NCBI GenBank assembly: GCA_963693365.1
Contig: CAVNZM010000001.1
Location: 20,096,125-20,160,124 of the forward strand
Source: Amoebidium appalachense
Taxonomy: Eukaryota > Protista > Ichthyosporea
Reading direction: 5' to 3'
Length of the DNA stretch: 64,000 nucleotides
The notes under the pieces are model-generated. The model worked only from the letters and a program-made list of their open reading frames with translations, was not told the DNA's origin and did no database searches. A program made the position numbers and the translations under genes. Numbering within the stretch: position 1 is the stretch's first letter; every line of letters starts with the position of its first letter. Below are positions 34,178 to 48,364 of the stretch, piece by piece.

Positions 34178-34643
34178 TTTCATGGGTACTTAAGTAGTCT
34201 ATTCGTAGTTCAGAGGGCCACGTAGGCTGAATTTAACTGTGTGTTATAACCTAAGCAGTGAAATACATAAGTACTTTGTGGCATGGTAAGGCTATTCATA
34301 CACTGATTTGTCAATAAGGTGATACATATTAATTTTTGCCGTAAAACGAAGAGCAGATTACAAGAAGTGATGCAAATGCAATGTTTGAACATATGAAACC
34401 CCACGTGGAGTGATGCACGGGAGTGGGCAAGAAGTAGTAAGATATTTGAAAGCTGTGATATTTATTTTCCTGCAGCAGGTGTTAAACCCATGTGGGGATG
34501 CAAATAAAAACGCACACCTGCAGGGCATGCAATGCAGCAGCAGGGAGCCAGCCATGCGTCTATTTCTTTTTGATGGCTACTCACCTTCAGATGGTGTTCC
34601 TGTGTTTGTACTTTCACCGGTTTCGATTCCTTACCCTGTGCAT

Positions 34644-34689
<46 letters not shown>

Positions 34690-34780
34690 AACACAAACAC
34701 AAACACACAAAACACACACACACACCGACACACGCACACACACACAAACACACACACACCGACACACACACACATGCACG

Positions 34781-34828
<48 letters not shown>

Positions 34829-35547
34829 TACACACACACACACACACAAACACACAAACACACACACACCGACCCACACACACACGCGCGCGCGCGCGCC
34901 AAGCATCCTCCAGGGTCTTCCCCTCCCCCTTCCCGCCCCCCCCCCCCCCCCCCCCCGCCCCCCCCTCCCCCCCCCCCCCGCCATACCCACCCTTCCCCCC
35001 CCCCCCCCCCCCTTCCCCTCTTCCCCCCCCCCCCCCCCTCCCATGGCCACCACCACCACCACCTCAGGGGAATTCACGAAACGGGTACAAACTGGATCCG
35101 GAACCAATAACCCATAAGCCTTCCCTCCCCCCTTCCCTCCCCCCCCCCCCTCCCCCCTCCCCCCCCCCCCCCCCTTCCCCTCCCCGCGGCTCTCTCCCAA
35201 AGTCGCGGGGGCTTTTTTCATGCGGCTATCAGACTTAGTGAGACATTGCCTGTTAATCTTCGAGATTTGCTCCATACATCCCCCCCCCCCCCCAACACAC
35301 ACACACACACACAGACATACACACGTGGCCAGGGGGCCGGGGTACTTCGGCTGGCTCAGCCACTTTGCAATTGAAATTTCTTCTCGACCTCCCTCTCGAG
35401 AGACCCTTTTCAAATTCCCACTGCAAGCTTGTGCACGCCGGGCACATACTTTTTATGCTGGCCGAGATCTGGCTACTGGCAACAGCAAGCACAGCCTCAT
35501 GCTAAGCCCGCACGCCCGCACGCACACACGCACGCAGGCACGCATGC

Positions 35548-35578
<31 letters not shown>

Positions 35579-35634
35579 GTGCCACACACACACGCGGGCG
35601 TCCACACACACGCGCGTGCACGCACACACAGTCT

Positions 35635-35666
<32 letters not shown>

Positions 35667-35678
35667 ACATACACACAG

Positions 35679-36210
35679 AGGGCCCAACCACATCGGCAGA
35701 ATCAACTTGCTCAGGAGCAGAATCAATCTTTAAAAAGCAGAGTTATTCTACAAAAAGCAGAATTATTCTGCAACAGGCAGACTGAATTTTTCTGCAGAAG
35801 CAGATTGTTTTGCTCTGAGTAGACGTTCTACGTTGAGCAGAATCATTCTGCTTTTGGCAGAATAACACCGCTTTCAGTAGAATAATGCTCTGGGAAAAGC
35901 AGATGCATTCTGCTCTCAGCACTATGAGAATAAAGTTGATCTAGGCAAAATAATTCTGCTTCTAAAAGGATATTTCTGCTTTTCGCAGGATAAATCCCCT
36001 TTCTGCAGAAGATTTCTGATTTGAGCAGAATAACAAAGCTATCAGCAGAATAATAAAGCTTTCAGCAGAATAAGGATGATCTGTTTTTTGCAGCATAACT
36101 AATTCTGCCCTATGCAGAATATTCCTGCTCTTAACGAAATACCTCTGCTCTTTGCAGAATAATTCTCCTCGGATCGGAGCAAGTTGATTGAGGCGATGTG
36201 GTTGGACCCT
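35679..36210. mobile_element. ~530-bp MITE with ~34-bp TIRs and an internal array of GCAGAAT/ATTCTGC motifs
   Basis: AGGGCCCAACCACATCGGCAGAATCAACTTGCTC ... GAGCAAGTTGATTGAGGCGATGTGGTTGGACCCT; interior made of degenerate GCAGAATnATTCTGC units; inserted in a (CA)n tract. Confidence 0.72.
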
Positions 36211-36352
36211 ACACAACATCGTGCACATTTCTGCATACTCGTCACAAGTACGCCACACACATGCGTTCAGCGCACACAAATACATACACAAACACACACA
36301 ATGTACACACACACACATGTGTACACACGCACACACACGCGTGCGCGCGCGT

Positions 36353-36433
<81 letters not shown>

Positions 36434-36435
36434 CT

Positions 36436-36481
<46 letters not shown>

Positions 36482-37200
36482 ACACACACACCACACACAC
36501 ACACACACGTTTGCGCACACACACGAATGCACACACCGGCCTGCTGCCGCTAGATGCACGTAAGATCACACGGGCACACTGCACACACAACTGCGCGGCA
36601 AACACACACACTTCCAATACGCATATGCTCGCATTGAATCATACGCCACACCCACACATCCTGTGTAACCCAAACAAACACTCACAAACGCAGATACGCA
36701 CCCGCCTTTGGCACGCACATAAAACACTTGGCTGTTATATTTTTAATGGGGAGAGTGGTATTCACCCCATAGTAAATTCGAGAGGGAGGGAAACCCACCT
36801 TCCACTCTGGCAGATGTGTCCAGTGGTATGTTGGATCCTCAGCGGCTATGAGATGATACGGTATTTGTATATACAATTTATCATGCAGCAGTTCGAAAGT
36901 TTATTATCACAACATACTCAATACTACCGTGACGTACATTGATGGATCTTAATTAGCCTGTTAACTAAAGTGTCTGAGCCTGAGGCTACACGCTTACAGG
37001 CCCCGTTCCCGGATCTCTTAAAGCTTTCTCTACGTTCCCTGAATGCCTGCAGTGGGATCACTCGAACCATGACAGACAATACTTGTTGCTCACTTGGCGG
37101 CGCTCTACTATATATTAGTGTTTCCCCCCCCCCCCCCCCCCCCCCCCTTCCCCCCACCCCCACCCCAACCCAACCCCCACCCCCCACCGGGTCCTCCCCT

Positions 37201-37266
<66 letters not shown>

Positions 37267-37692
37267 ATACTTGCCATTTCGGCCCACGACCCCCCACAGC
37301 CTCTTTAAAATTCCTACTGTGCTTGCTTGCGTAAGAAGACACGTATGGACACTTGCACGGCACACACGCACACACATATGCACACCTGAAACACACACCA
37401 GAATGCATGCACATGTACACACGCATGGTGTACACACGCAGACACATGCACAGCACACCCACACACAACCTGCCCACACACAAGCGCATACAGACATCTA
37501 GATACACACGCACACCCATTGACACGCACGCACGTCCCTAACGTATCACAAACACACACACAAGCATGATATCGATCCACGTACTAAATTAATCTTATCC
37601 AGAAGAAAAACAGACACTATTATGGTTTTCGCAACACAGGCACGCACACAGGCATGCACCACACAAATACACACAGACTGGTCACTCGTGCA

Positions 37693-37858
<166 letters not shown>

Positions 37859-38352
37859 GGAGATCCCACACGTACACAAATGCTATGCAGCCACGAAGCA
37901 TCATGATATTGTGCAGGTATGGCTCTGTGCACATCTCTGCAATCCAACTTAACGGTGACACACACCATGGCGCAGGAGGTTGTAGGCACGAGAACACACA
38001 CACACATACACACACACACACAGAGAGAGAGAGACAGACACGCACACACACACACACACACACGTACACACACATACACACACACACACAAACACACAAA
38101 CACACATAGCACACACACTCACAGCAGTAGTCACACACAGTGTTACACACACACGCGCGCGCGCGCGCATCGTGTCATACACACACACGCACACACGCAG
38201 CACACACACATGTACACACACACGTGCACACAGGTGGAGTCTCAGAAAAGTGGGGGAAGGATCTCGAGAGAGTCTCGAGGGGGAAGGGATTAGGAAGCGG
38301 AGAGAGTGTGGGAAAAAGAGCATAGAGAGAGAGAGAGAGGATTCAGAGAGAG

Positions 38353-38402
<50 letters not shown>

Positions 38403-39527
38403 GCTAGCGCTTGAGCCTCATAGAAATGAGAGAGAGAGAGAGAGAGGAGAGTGGGGGAGCTGAGGGGGGAGGGGGGGGAGGGGCGGGGAAGAGGGAAAGA
38501 CGCTTGACGGGAGGAGTGGGGAAAACAAACTTGGGGGAGCCTAGGGCTTCTGAAGGTGGTGGCATGGTGGGGACGGGCAAGAGAAAGAAATAGGGGGAGA
38601 AGAGAAATGAAAGATAGTGCAAAATTTTGGCGGCGTTTATGCGTGTGCTAGGACACGGGCAACGGATAATTATCGATTGGCCTCGAGTTCACCGTCTTCC
38701 TACATGGCACTACCATGGTGCCAGCAGCATGCACGTGCACATATGCGTTTGCGTAGTGGTCGTGTGGAGAGAAACCTCTCTGCATTTTCCGGCACACATA
38801 CTATGAAGATTGTGTCTCTGCATGTGCGGCGCGCAGTATGTGTGTGTTCATTTTGCAGCTATTATTAGCGCTGAACGTACGCGCGCGTAGCGTACACTCA
38901 GTATACACATCGCCACAGCTGAGCTGGCCGACCAATCGACAAATTTGGCGCCCTTCAAACACGCCTGTTTGGGCATCTTTGCCAAACACGTGAGATGAGC
39001 CAGGTACTAAAAACACAGGCCACGCCATAATAGTAAGCTCTTGTACAATAGTTCCTGCACTACTAGTGATATAGCTATATATAGTGCCGAGCAAAACATC
39101 GAATGTTAGAAATATTTTACTTTTTTTTCCCTTCGAAGTTCGGAGCCTTAGGGCCTGGGCATGGGCGATCGGATTTTAGCCAACCACAACGTACCTAATG
39201 TTGAACTCCTGACCAAAAACCAATGATTTATTGCTGTTTTTATACAGCCAATAAACAAGCACCAAGCGAGTTGTTTTGATGCGCTAAACACCAATCGTTC
39301 AACGTTTTGACGCGAACATGAGGGTGGACCAAATGCCACCCATGATGACGTCATTGATTATTTTTTTTAATCCTCCACACAAAACCTCGACCTACAAAAA
39401 CGGCACACAAAACCCGAACTCTTTCATAATAATCTGAGAGTCTCTGCACAGTGAAGATTTAGCGTTTTGTCTGCCCAAATACCCTACTGTAACATATATT
39501 TTGCTTGAGAGATATCTGCTTGCAAAA

Positions 39528-40085
39528 ATGGCTGCCTTCGCTATTACCAACCTCATGTCCATTGAGGCATTTATTCTTTACGGGATTTTGGTAAGTTTTT
39601 CACAAGGCTACCCCATCCCTAGTCGTGACTGTTCATGGTGCGGGAACGGAGGCTTATCTTTTCTCAAGCGCACCGTAGACCCCACCGTCATTCCTATTGT
39701 CAGACCCCTCACCATCCGCTTCCTTCCTCCTCATTTTCTATCGTCTTTCTCTGCAACTCCACGGCAGCCACTACCTCTTGCACCTCTATCCCTGCCCATG
39801 GCGATGGCAGAACACTTTGCAGAACATCATTTCTTCTTTTTCATGCACGGTTTCGTTAGAATTTGTATCCGATAACGTGCACTAATTCTCGATCGCCATT
39901 GTTATTATCATTCCCCAATTACTGGACTTCACCTGTTCGTTTGATCGTCGTTTGTTGCTTGGCCGTTCCCATTACGTATTCCTGCCTTTCCTCACCTGGT
40001 TCATCCTTACCCCCACAGCCATCTCCCTTCCAACAAATAGATTATCATGCACGTGCGCGCGCACGCACCTAAACTTAGAAGGGTG

Positions 40086-40128
<43 letters not shown>

Positions 40129-40232
40129 CTGTGTGTCTGTGTGTGCAGAAGCACATGTGTGTGCAGAAGCACATGTGTGTGCAGAAGCACGTGTGTGCAG
40201 AAGCACGTGTGTGTGCAGAAGCACATGCGTGC

Positions 40233-40282
<50 letters not shown>

Positions 40283-41055
40283 TACACCACACAGAGGCAA
40301 TGTCCATGACACTCTTTGCACGCCACAAATAGACTAGAATCATATATGTATCTATATGGTTCTCAACGAGTAGCCAACCTATTCGAGAACCCCCGCCCCC
40401 CTCCCCCCTCCCCTTGCATTTCCCCCCACCCAGACTCACTCTTCACCTTTTACCCACTACATGCTTCAAAAATCCAGCACTCGGTTCACTGTTCATTCTT
40501 ATCATCCCTTCTGCAGAAGACAAAACTTGCAAGCATCTCCCTCTCTCTCATTTGAGATGCACCAACCACACTAGCCCCTTGTACACATGCTTGGCCTCCC
40601 GACCCTGCTGTTTTGTCCCTGTAAGGTTTAACCCTCTCACCGCCCTGTATTGACAAACATTCCTGTGCAGCTCTGCAGCATCATCTCTTTTGCCACCGTG
40701 GCCGACTGTCCGGCCTATCCCTATTCGTGGTCTGGCGGCAAGTACCAGTCTGGTGCACAGTTCTTCGTGGCGTGCGGCGTTATGTCCTTTATCGGTAACA
40801 CCTCACCCCCCCCCCTCTCTCTCTCCCCCCCTCCCCCCCTCCCCCTCTGTCCTCCCCCCTCCTCACCCCTTCCCCTCCTTCGCCCCGCCCTCCCAACCCC
40901 AGACACGTCATACCATATCGGGTCCCTAGTCTCCCTCTCTAGTCTCCCTCTCTAGGCCCATCCGTATGTTATGGCACCCCTTTGCTCCCACCTCCCCTCT
41001 CCACACACTCACGACTATGCGCCCACCCATGCACCCGACCACATCCACACACAAG

Positions 41056-41124
<69 letters not shown>

Positions 41125-41957
41125 ACAAACACACACACACACACACACGGCTGGCACATTCCCTCCCTCCGCTCCACCACGCACACGTGTGTGCAATTTG
41201 TCGACTGGTTGGTACCTGGGGTAGAAGCTTGCCTTCAACTTTGGTTTGGAAAATCATGAATTGTGTAGTCGGATACAGATATGTTGTTTGATGTGTCAAC
41301 CACTACATAGTTTGGCACGTCCGTCAGCACATATCTTTACCAATACTATGTGCCCTTTGCTTACCCAAACCTTTGCCCCCCCCTCCCAACCCCCCCCCCC
41401 CCCCTCCCCCCGCCCCCGCCCCCCACCCCCCCACACACAGCCGTGATTGTGCACCTCGTCCTTCTGTTGATGACTATCCGGCTGCCGGGCCACCCGTTCA
41501 TCCCCATTGCCGGGGCAGCCGTGCTGTGGCTGCTGTACTTCATTGCCGCCTGTGTGTGGGCCTCATACAACAACGACTGGGCGGACTTTGCCTGCACTGA
41601 CCGCAACCGCGCCGGTGTTGCTTTTGGTACCCCCCCCCCCCCCCCCCCCCCCCCCCCTTCCCTCCCTCCATCTCTCCCCATCTCCCTCTCCCTCTCCCCC
41701 TCCCCTCCTCCGCCAACAACACACGCAACACACCATCCGTCACCAGCCCTACAGCCCAACGGCTTCAATAGAGTTGCTATACCTCGCCAAGTTCCCTTTT
41801 TAGCCCTTCGTCCATGTAACTTGTCTCGCGTCTTGGTGAGCAACATACTGTCTGGTTTGCTTTGTTTTCCCATCAGTCCCCTCGCGGGGAGAGAGGGGGG
41901 GGGGGAGGGGGGGGGGGGGGGGATTCTACTGCTGGTTCCTTGACTGTGATCTAAGAT

Positions 41958-42018
<61 letters not shown>

Positions 42019-42759
42019 ACACACAAACCATCGTGTGTTTTCCGTTGTTCGTGTGTAGTTCCTACTTGATGACCAATCCCCCCTCCCCCCCCCTCGCCTG
42101 CCCCCCTCTCTTTCTCTCTAATTTGTGATGGTGCTGGGTCATGCCCAAAGGAACTCTGAAGAGACACACGTCTGCTTGGAGGGTACAAGAGGAGGAGATG
42201 TGTTGGGGAGAGTGGTGTGTGGGGGAGGGGAAGGGGGGGGGGGGGGGGGGGGATCGGTTGGCAGACTGGCATGGAGCAGTGTGTTTAATCCCCCTAACCT
42301 GTTTATATGGGTTGGGGAAGGAAAGAGATGGCTGAACTCTTGTGTGGATGCATGCTGATGCGTGTGCAGCATGCGTGTGGCAAAGTGCATTTCAGCAGAT
42401 TGCCGGAGTGTTCGTCTGTCGTGTGTCTGTTTGTGATGGCACATCTACTGTGTGCACTGTACACTAAGTTGGGTGCTCTATTCACTGTTTGCACAATTTA
42501 CTGTGTCCACTCTCCACTGTGTGCATGGTCCACTGTGCACTGCCCAATGTATGCAAAATCCCCTGTGTTCTATCCACTTTGTGCTTTAATCACTGTGTGT
42601 GTCAGCTTCAACGACTCTGTGCACTATCCACTGTGTGCATAAATCTAACCACTGTGTCTATGTGCAGGCTTCTTCACCATCTTCGGCTGGTGGGCACACT
42701 CTGTCTGGCTCTTCATGACCCGCAGCTCAGATGCCCCAGCCGTCAACGCCACCGCATAA
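39528..42759 (+). CDS. MARVEL-domain four-TM membrane protein (synaptogyrin/synaptophysin-like), ~154 aa
   Basis: Exons 39528-39590 (GTAAGT donor), 40671-40794, 41441-41626, 42668-42759, phase-compatible (465 nt). Motifs CSIISFATV, AQFFVACGVMSF, LWLLYFIAACVWA, RAGVAFGFFTIFGW. Confidence 0.82.
40082..40280. repeat. (GT)n - five GTGTGCAGAAGCAC units - (CA)n fold-back block in intron 1 of the MARVEL gene
   Basis: Directly visible 16-18-nt tandem units flanked by complementary dinucleotide tracts. Confidence 0.8.
42445..42667. repeat. Degenerate CCACTGTGTGCA minisatellite ending at the last 3' splice site of the MARVEL gene
   Basis: About a dozen imperfect copies with ~15-22-nt spacing. Confidence 0.7.
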
Positions 42760-43550
42760 GAGCACCAGCACGGGGGAGATCTTATGGTTGGTCTCTCTAA
42801 CGACAAAACGACATGAACCTTATCTCGGGGCTTATGGATTATTGCGGCTACGTAGGCTGCATGTGTGTGGATATACCATGCAAGACATGTCTTTTTTAGA
42901 GTTTGCTTTTGTGTTGCATGTTTTGTTGGCCTCGGCTTGATTATTTTTTTTTTTTTTAAACCCGGTATTCCAATAAGTTATCGGATATCTAGGAATATGT
43001 GACGTGTGAACTGATGCCAGCATTTCGTAGTTCCAAATACATTTAGTAGTCATACACGCTCACTAGACTGGCCAACCAACTTCCTGTTGGTCCTGCACCT
43101 GCTTCCTTCCTGGAAACGATTTATTCCGGATTGTATGGGCTGTTATTTTTTTTCAATATCGGAGGTAATGCATTGGATTTGTGGTGGTGATATACTTTCT
43201 CAACCGGAATAAGCTATGCTGGAATATGGTGGTGTTGTGGCCTATTTTGTCAATGAATATCGTGGTTTTTTTTGCTCTCTCACCTAGATAATCCACATTG
43301 GATAATTCACAGTGTGGTGATCTATTTTCTCACTGAAAGAGATAGTCGAGATAACCTGTATTGGATACATGATGGGATATATTATGAAGATGTAACTTTC
43401 AGGCAGCACGAGGCCCTAAGATTGTGGAGACATTCGATGGCTCATGTCATGCGCCTGCAATCAAATCTGGTCTCGTTTTATACTCAGCAGAGTCACTGAG
43501 CTCAAGCATAAAATCCATTCCTCCCCTCCCCCCCCCCCCCCCCCCCCGAG

Positions 43551-43699
43551 GCCCCCCTGAGGATGGGCTCTGCTTATTATGCATACCCCCCTGAGGATGG
43601 GCTCTGCTTATTATGCATACTCTTTATGTATGGCTTGCATTCTGCAACGTGTTATCCGTTTTGTTCTTGTGTACTTCGTACTTTTTGACGCATTCAACT

Positions 43700-43700
<1 letters not shown>
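43551..43700 (+). mobile_element. 5'-truncated copy of the poly(C)-embedded repeat with a ~35-nt 5' direct duplication
   Basis: CCCCCTGAGGATGGGCTCTGCTTATTATGCATAC occurs twice in tandem, then the subfamily B 3' part; poly(C) on both sides. Confidence 0.78.
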
Positions 43701-43730
<30 letters not shown>

Positions 43731-44127
43731 GCGGATGGGCTTCGCTTATGGTACATACTGCACGGGCTCAGCAGCTAACTGATCTTGCATACGTAGTTAT
43801 TGATCAATTACCACGCTTTTACTGTACACGTGCTATACAGTGGAGATCTAATAAGTATAAGGTGGCATCATTTGCATGCCCAAACAACACACACACACAC
43901 CAGTTTAACCGGTCATGTATCGCCAAATGTAGTTTGATAGACCACATAATACCGCAACACACACACGTCACATTCACAACAGACACCCAGAAAGATAGCC
44001 TACCTGTAAATTACAACATCCTTGATTTTATACTAAACACGCGTAACTACGACCTGTTTATTAGATGTATTGATTGGCTTGAGAAACACATCACTACAAA
44101 ATTATAGCGCACGCGCACACACACACA

Positions 44128-44178
<51 letters not shown>

Positions 44179-44210
44179 CCAGCTGATACCGAGTGTCCCG
44201 AGGGGAGCCC

Positions 44211-44263
<53 letters not shown>

Positions 44264-44898
44264 GGGGAACCCCAACTAATTGATTTCTCCTTGTAGTCTT
44301 TATGGTGTCTCGTAGAGAAAGTAAACCCTGATATATAGTCACCACCCGACATCTATGTACGTGATCATGATATACCGCTGAGGGGATATTCCGAGCAAAA
44401 CCCCCCCCCCCCATACCTGAGACTGGTTCTCTTTGCCTCGAGTAAACAGCGTAAACCCCATACGTAGTTGTCAACGAATGTTTGCCATCAATGCTTTTCA
44501 TCGCAATGTAGTTGTACTTTGTACCGCATTCCACATTTTAACCCCCCCCCCCCCCCCCCCCCCCCGTCATACACCGTGTTTCTCATCGTGTACATGTACT
44601 TGGTACGTATTCGCGTTCCGCAATAACCCACACCGTGAAAAACACACCTCACCAAAAAGGGGGAGACCCCCATCACACTGCTGCTGGGAGACTCTACGTA
44701 GCTGCAGCATCGATGTTAGCAGCAGGGGCCCGGCCACCTCTGCACAAGGCACATGCACATGTGTGCCCACCCAACCTTTTGCAGATCACATTGAGCTTAG
44801 TAGCCCGCTGGGCCGCTTTCCTTCACACAAAACTTCCTGTGCACGTGCATCCCATGATCCCCCCTCCCCCCCCCCTCCCCCACCACCACCAAAACAAA

Positions 44899-44933
<35 letters not shown>

Positions 44934-46540
44934 GTCATGTACACACACACACATCACACGCACACGCACACACGGCCGGATTCCCCAAAACTCATGTGTC
45001 ACTCACCCATGGACACGCGCGCCCGGCACCCACACAGGCGCACACGTCCGATAGTATATTTCGAATTCCCGCACACGTACACACACACAATCCCCCCCCC
45101 CCCCCCCCCAACCAAAATTCTCGGGCTAATCATTGCTCTCCCGGTATCTTGCAGTAGAAGCCTCCCCAAACTGTCCCCATAGACCACTTAGAGGTTCACT
45201 TAGAGGTTTGTGGTGTTACCGTGTCCACACTGTGCCATCTATGGCCCCTGAGCAGCAAGTGTACGTGACTGCGCCAAATTTTTGGTACTGCCGTGCACAC
45301 AATGTCATGTCATGACACTGTACGCCGTACGTGTGTGCGGCCGTATGCACATGCTACACTTGTGTGTGTGTTTGTGTTGGAGGCACCCTATCTACCGCCA
45401 CCGCAAATGAGGGAAGGGGATTTGAGAGGAGAGGGCGGGCCGGGAAGGGGGGGGGGGGGGGGGGGGGGGAAGGAATGGTAATTCCGTAATAGCAACGTCC
45501 CAAGGACGAAAGGGATGAGAAAGGGAGAGAGTGAGGGAGCGTGGAAGCTTGGCGAATGGCCTCCGCTTCTTGATAGGGAGGGAGGGGGGATTTAGAACAT
45601 AAATTTGATACGTCATAAAGTACCAAGCTAAAATCTACGAATATTGTCAACACATTGCAGAGTATGCAAAAAGGAGTATACACGAAAGAGAGCCTCTATA
45701 ACCGGTGGTGTGTGTGTGTGTGTGTGTGTGTGTGGTGGTGGTGGGGGGGGGGGGGGGGGATAGGGATGGAGAGAGGGGGAGAGAGAAGGGGAGAGAGAGA
45801 GAGAGGGAGAGAGAGAGAGAGAGAGTTGAGCGTGAACGGTTGGGTCGGAAGCACACCCGATTGTATGTAGATTTGCAACAAGGAGTCATTTGAAGGCTTT
45901 TATTTACGCAACTTCATTCCGGTAGGTCTAAGCTACTTTCGGGTAGGAGGTCCATGAAATTATATTTACATGCCGCGTGCTAAGGGTAGGTAACTGGGTG
46001 CGTGGACACAGGCACAGCCGCAGGGTTTGAAAGGCCGGCCAAGAGCACAACCAATCCCTCTCATATGTTTCGTACACAACAACAGAAGACAAATACAGGG
46101 CCGAACACTGTGCTTCGTACTTTCGCTACGGTAAATATATCACAAGGGAACAAGAAAAGGACTTGACGTAAAACTATCGCATACAAACACTGATCAGTTG
46201 CTCCCCGGGCCAACAAATACGGCCACAAGAGGCAACGTGCATTCAAGCATTAGGGCATATACCCCCACAAGACTAATGTCGCGTCGCATAAAACACACTA
46301 GAAACAACAGATACCGAACGAAACAGACCAAAATCATGTGACTGACCCTCGATCCTGTATACAACAGTAGCGTATGCAGGGAAAGGCCATGGAAAAGTGC
46401 TTGAAAGGGGTTTGCAGGGCATGAAAGAACAAGCCGGATGGGTGAGAGAGTAGGGCCCCTGTTCGGTAGTGTGAAAAGAAAAAGTCTCAAGGTACGAGCG
46501 CACGAGTGTTGACACAGAAACATCACCCGATTAGCCCCGT

Positions 46541-48364
46541 TTAGATGTCCATGTCCAAGCACTCGGAGTCACTGCCACTGTCCTGCGAGTAGGCCATGTT
46601 CACCATTCCGGGGAAGAAATCTTGGTCTAGCGACAACATTTCCTCTGCCTCAACATCTGCAGAGGCCGAAAAGGTCAGTATCATGTAAGGACAGGAAGGG
46701 ATGAAGAGCGAGGCAGAGCAAGGGGAGAAATGGCCGCACCAAGAGAAAGGAGAAAAACGGGGAGAAGTGGCAGGAGGGGCGGAAGAGGGAGGCAGAGCGA
46801 GGGCAGAGACATGAGAAGACAGTATGAGCATGCTTGGACAGCAGGGGATCCGTGTGCTGCAGGAGATGGGGGGGAGGGGGGGGAGGGCAGAAAAAAGGGA
46901 GGAGGGAGGCTCACGGGGGAGGGGAGGGAGGGGGAGAGAAGGGAGGGGGAGGAATCCGTTTAATATTGTAGAAACCAGGATGCGGAGGTCAGAGAGAATA
47001 CCAAACGGCTTAGCCATTACATAGCAGTCTCCAGCTCCTTATCATTATTCGGATCTACGACTCGTCATCAATAAGGCTAATAACAAATCGGTAGGGTAGG
47101 TGATGGGGAGAAAAGAACAACGAACCTGCGTTACAGAAGACCAGGACACTTTTACAGAGCTCCCACTACAAGGTTAGACATAGACATGACCACCACACCA
47201 GAACATCCAAAAGGGATTCTTACCGGATATGGTGTCCATTTCCGACAGAGTGAGGTCGATAGGCTTATCCATAAACGAAATAGAACCGTTTGGCAGGGCC
47301 GGTGAATACTCGGGGGAAAAGCACTCGAAGGGTGGGGTCATGCAGCCCGTCTCAACCTTCACGTCTGGGTCGAGCTTCATTCTGACCCTGCGCTCTGCCT
47401 CGGGGGTGTCCACCACATCCCACGTATTGGCCTTGGTGAACATGGTCAGCGGGGACGTGCCTAGCCAGGACTCGTCACAGGTCGTGTCCGAGTCGGTGTC
47501 TGTGGACGGGGACAGCTGGTCGTCCGCCACAGGTGAGGGTGGTGCCGTGTCAGCCCAGGGGCTAGCAGAGGCCTCAGCAGGGAAACCAGCCTGGGTGACG
47601 TAGCCACTCAGAACGGGGTCTATGCCCTGCGCCTTGACCTGGGGAGGCTGTGGGTTGGCCGTAAACGCTGGCGGCTGGCTGGCCCAGTACTCGCGCGTGG
47701 GGGGCACCAGCTTGGACCGGAGGTGTGCCTGGCCAGCCACATACACGCAGTCAAAAAAACGGCCGACCCAGGTGTGAAGGAGGTGTGGTGAAAGAAGAAC
47801 GGCAGAGGTGGCTGGTAAGTACGGCCAGAAGTACGTGTGTTGCTTGTGTCGTGTGGTTTGCTTTGGGTCTAGCCATAAGCACTATCCCTGCTATACACAG
47901 CAAGCATACAACACCCTACCTGGATGGGAAACTGCTAGCTGGGTCAAACCGGAGCTACCCAATTTCAGTGTGGATCAGTCAGTTCTCAGCTACATAAATA
48001 GCGTTCCTATTCCTCCTTACGCTCTACACAGCGCAAAACAACCCTGGAATTCCATGCACATGCCTACATCTACTGCGCAAGACCTGTGGCGTCCCCTCCA
48101 AACGTGTGGCGTGTGGGCGACAGTGGAGGGACGGGCAGGGAGGGGCGGCAGCTGTACCTGCAACAGACGCTTTTCGGGCGTAACGCCGGTATTCGCCACC
48201 TGGGCCAGGCCCTTCCACTGGCACGGTAGCTTTGTGTCTAGCCGCGTGTCTTCGTCTGCTGCAAAGTGCACGTTCCAAGCCCTCACACACAAGCTTGTGC
48301 AAAACTGGGCGAGCGAGTCAGAGCCAGAGGCTATGCTCACGTCCATAGAGTCGATAAAGGTCAT
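46541..48364 (-). CDS. Hypothetical protein ~305 aa, acidic/Pro/Ser-rich, no recognised domain
   Basis: Exons (-) 48364-48068, 47728-47224, 46656-46541 with GT-AG sites and compatible phases (918 nt); non-repetitive coding-like sequence. Confidence 0.62.

Noticed and set aside
35690-36170. CRISPR-like array of palindromes
   Set aside because: Units are short and degenerate, lack unique spacers and are bounded by TIRs; better explained as a MITE.
39149-39486. hAT-like element with TAGGG..TGGGCA / TGCCCA..CCCTA ends
   Set aside because: The inverted match is short and gapped with no TSD; it may simply be the MARVEL gene promoter.
39798-39875. Alternative first exon MAMAEHFAEHH for the MARVEL gene
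   Set aside because: Weak donor; 39528-39590 has a GTAAGT donor, the correct phase and completes the first TM helix.
43272-43499. 75-aa ORF in an AT-richer stretch
   Set aside because: Non-ATG start, no motif and no splice partners.
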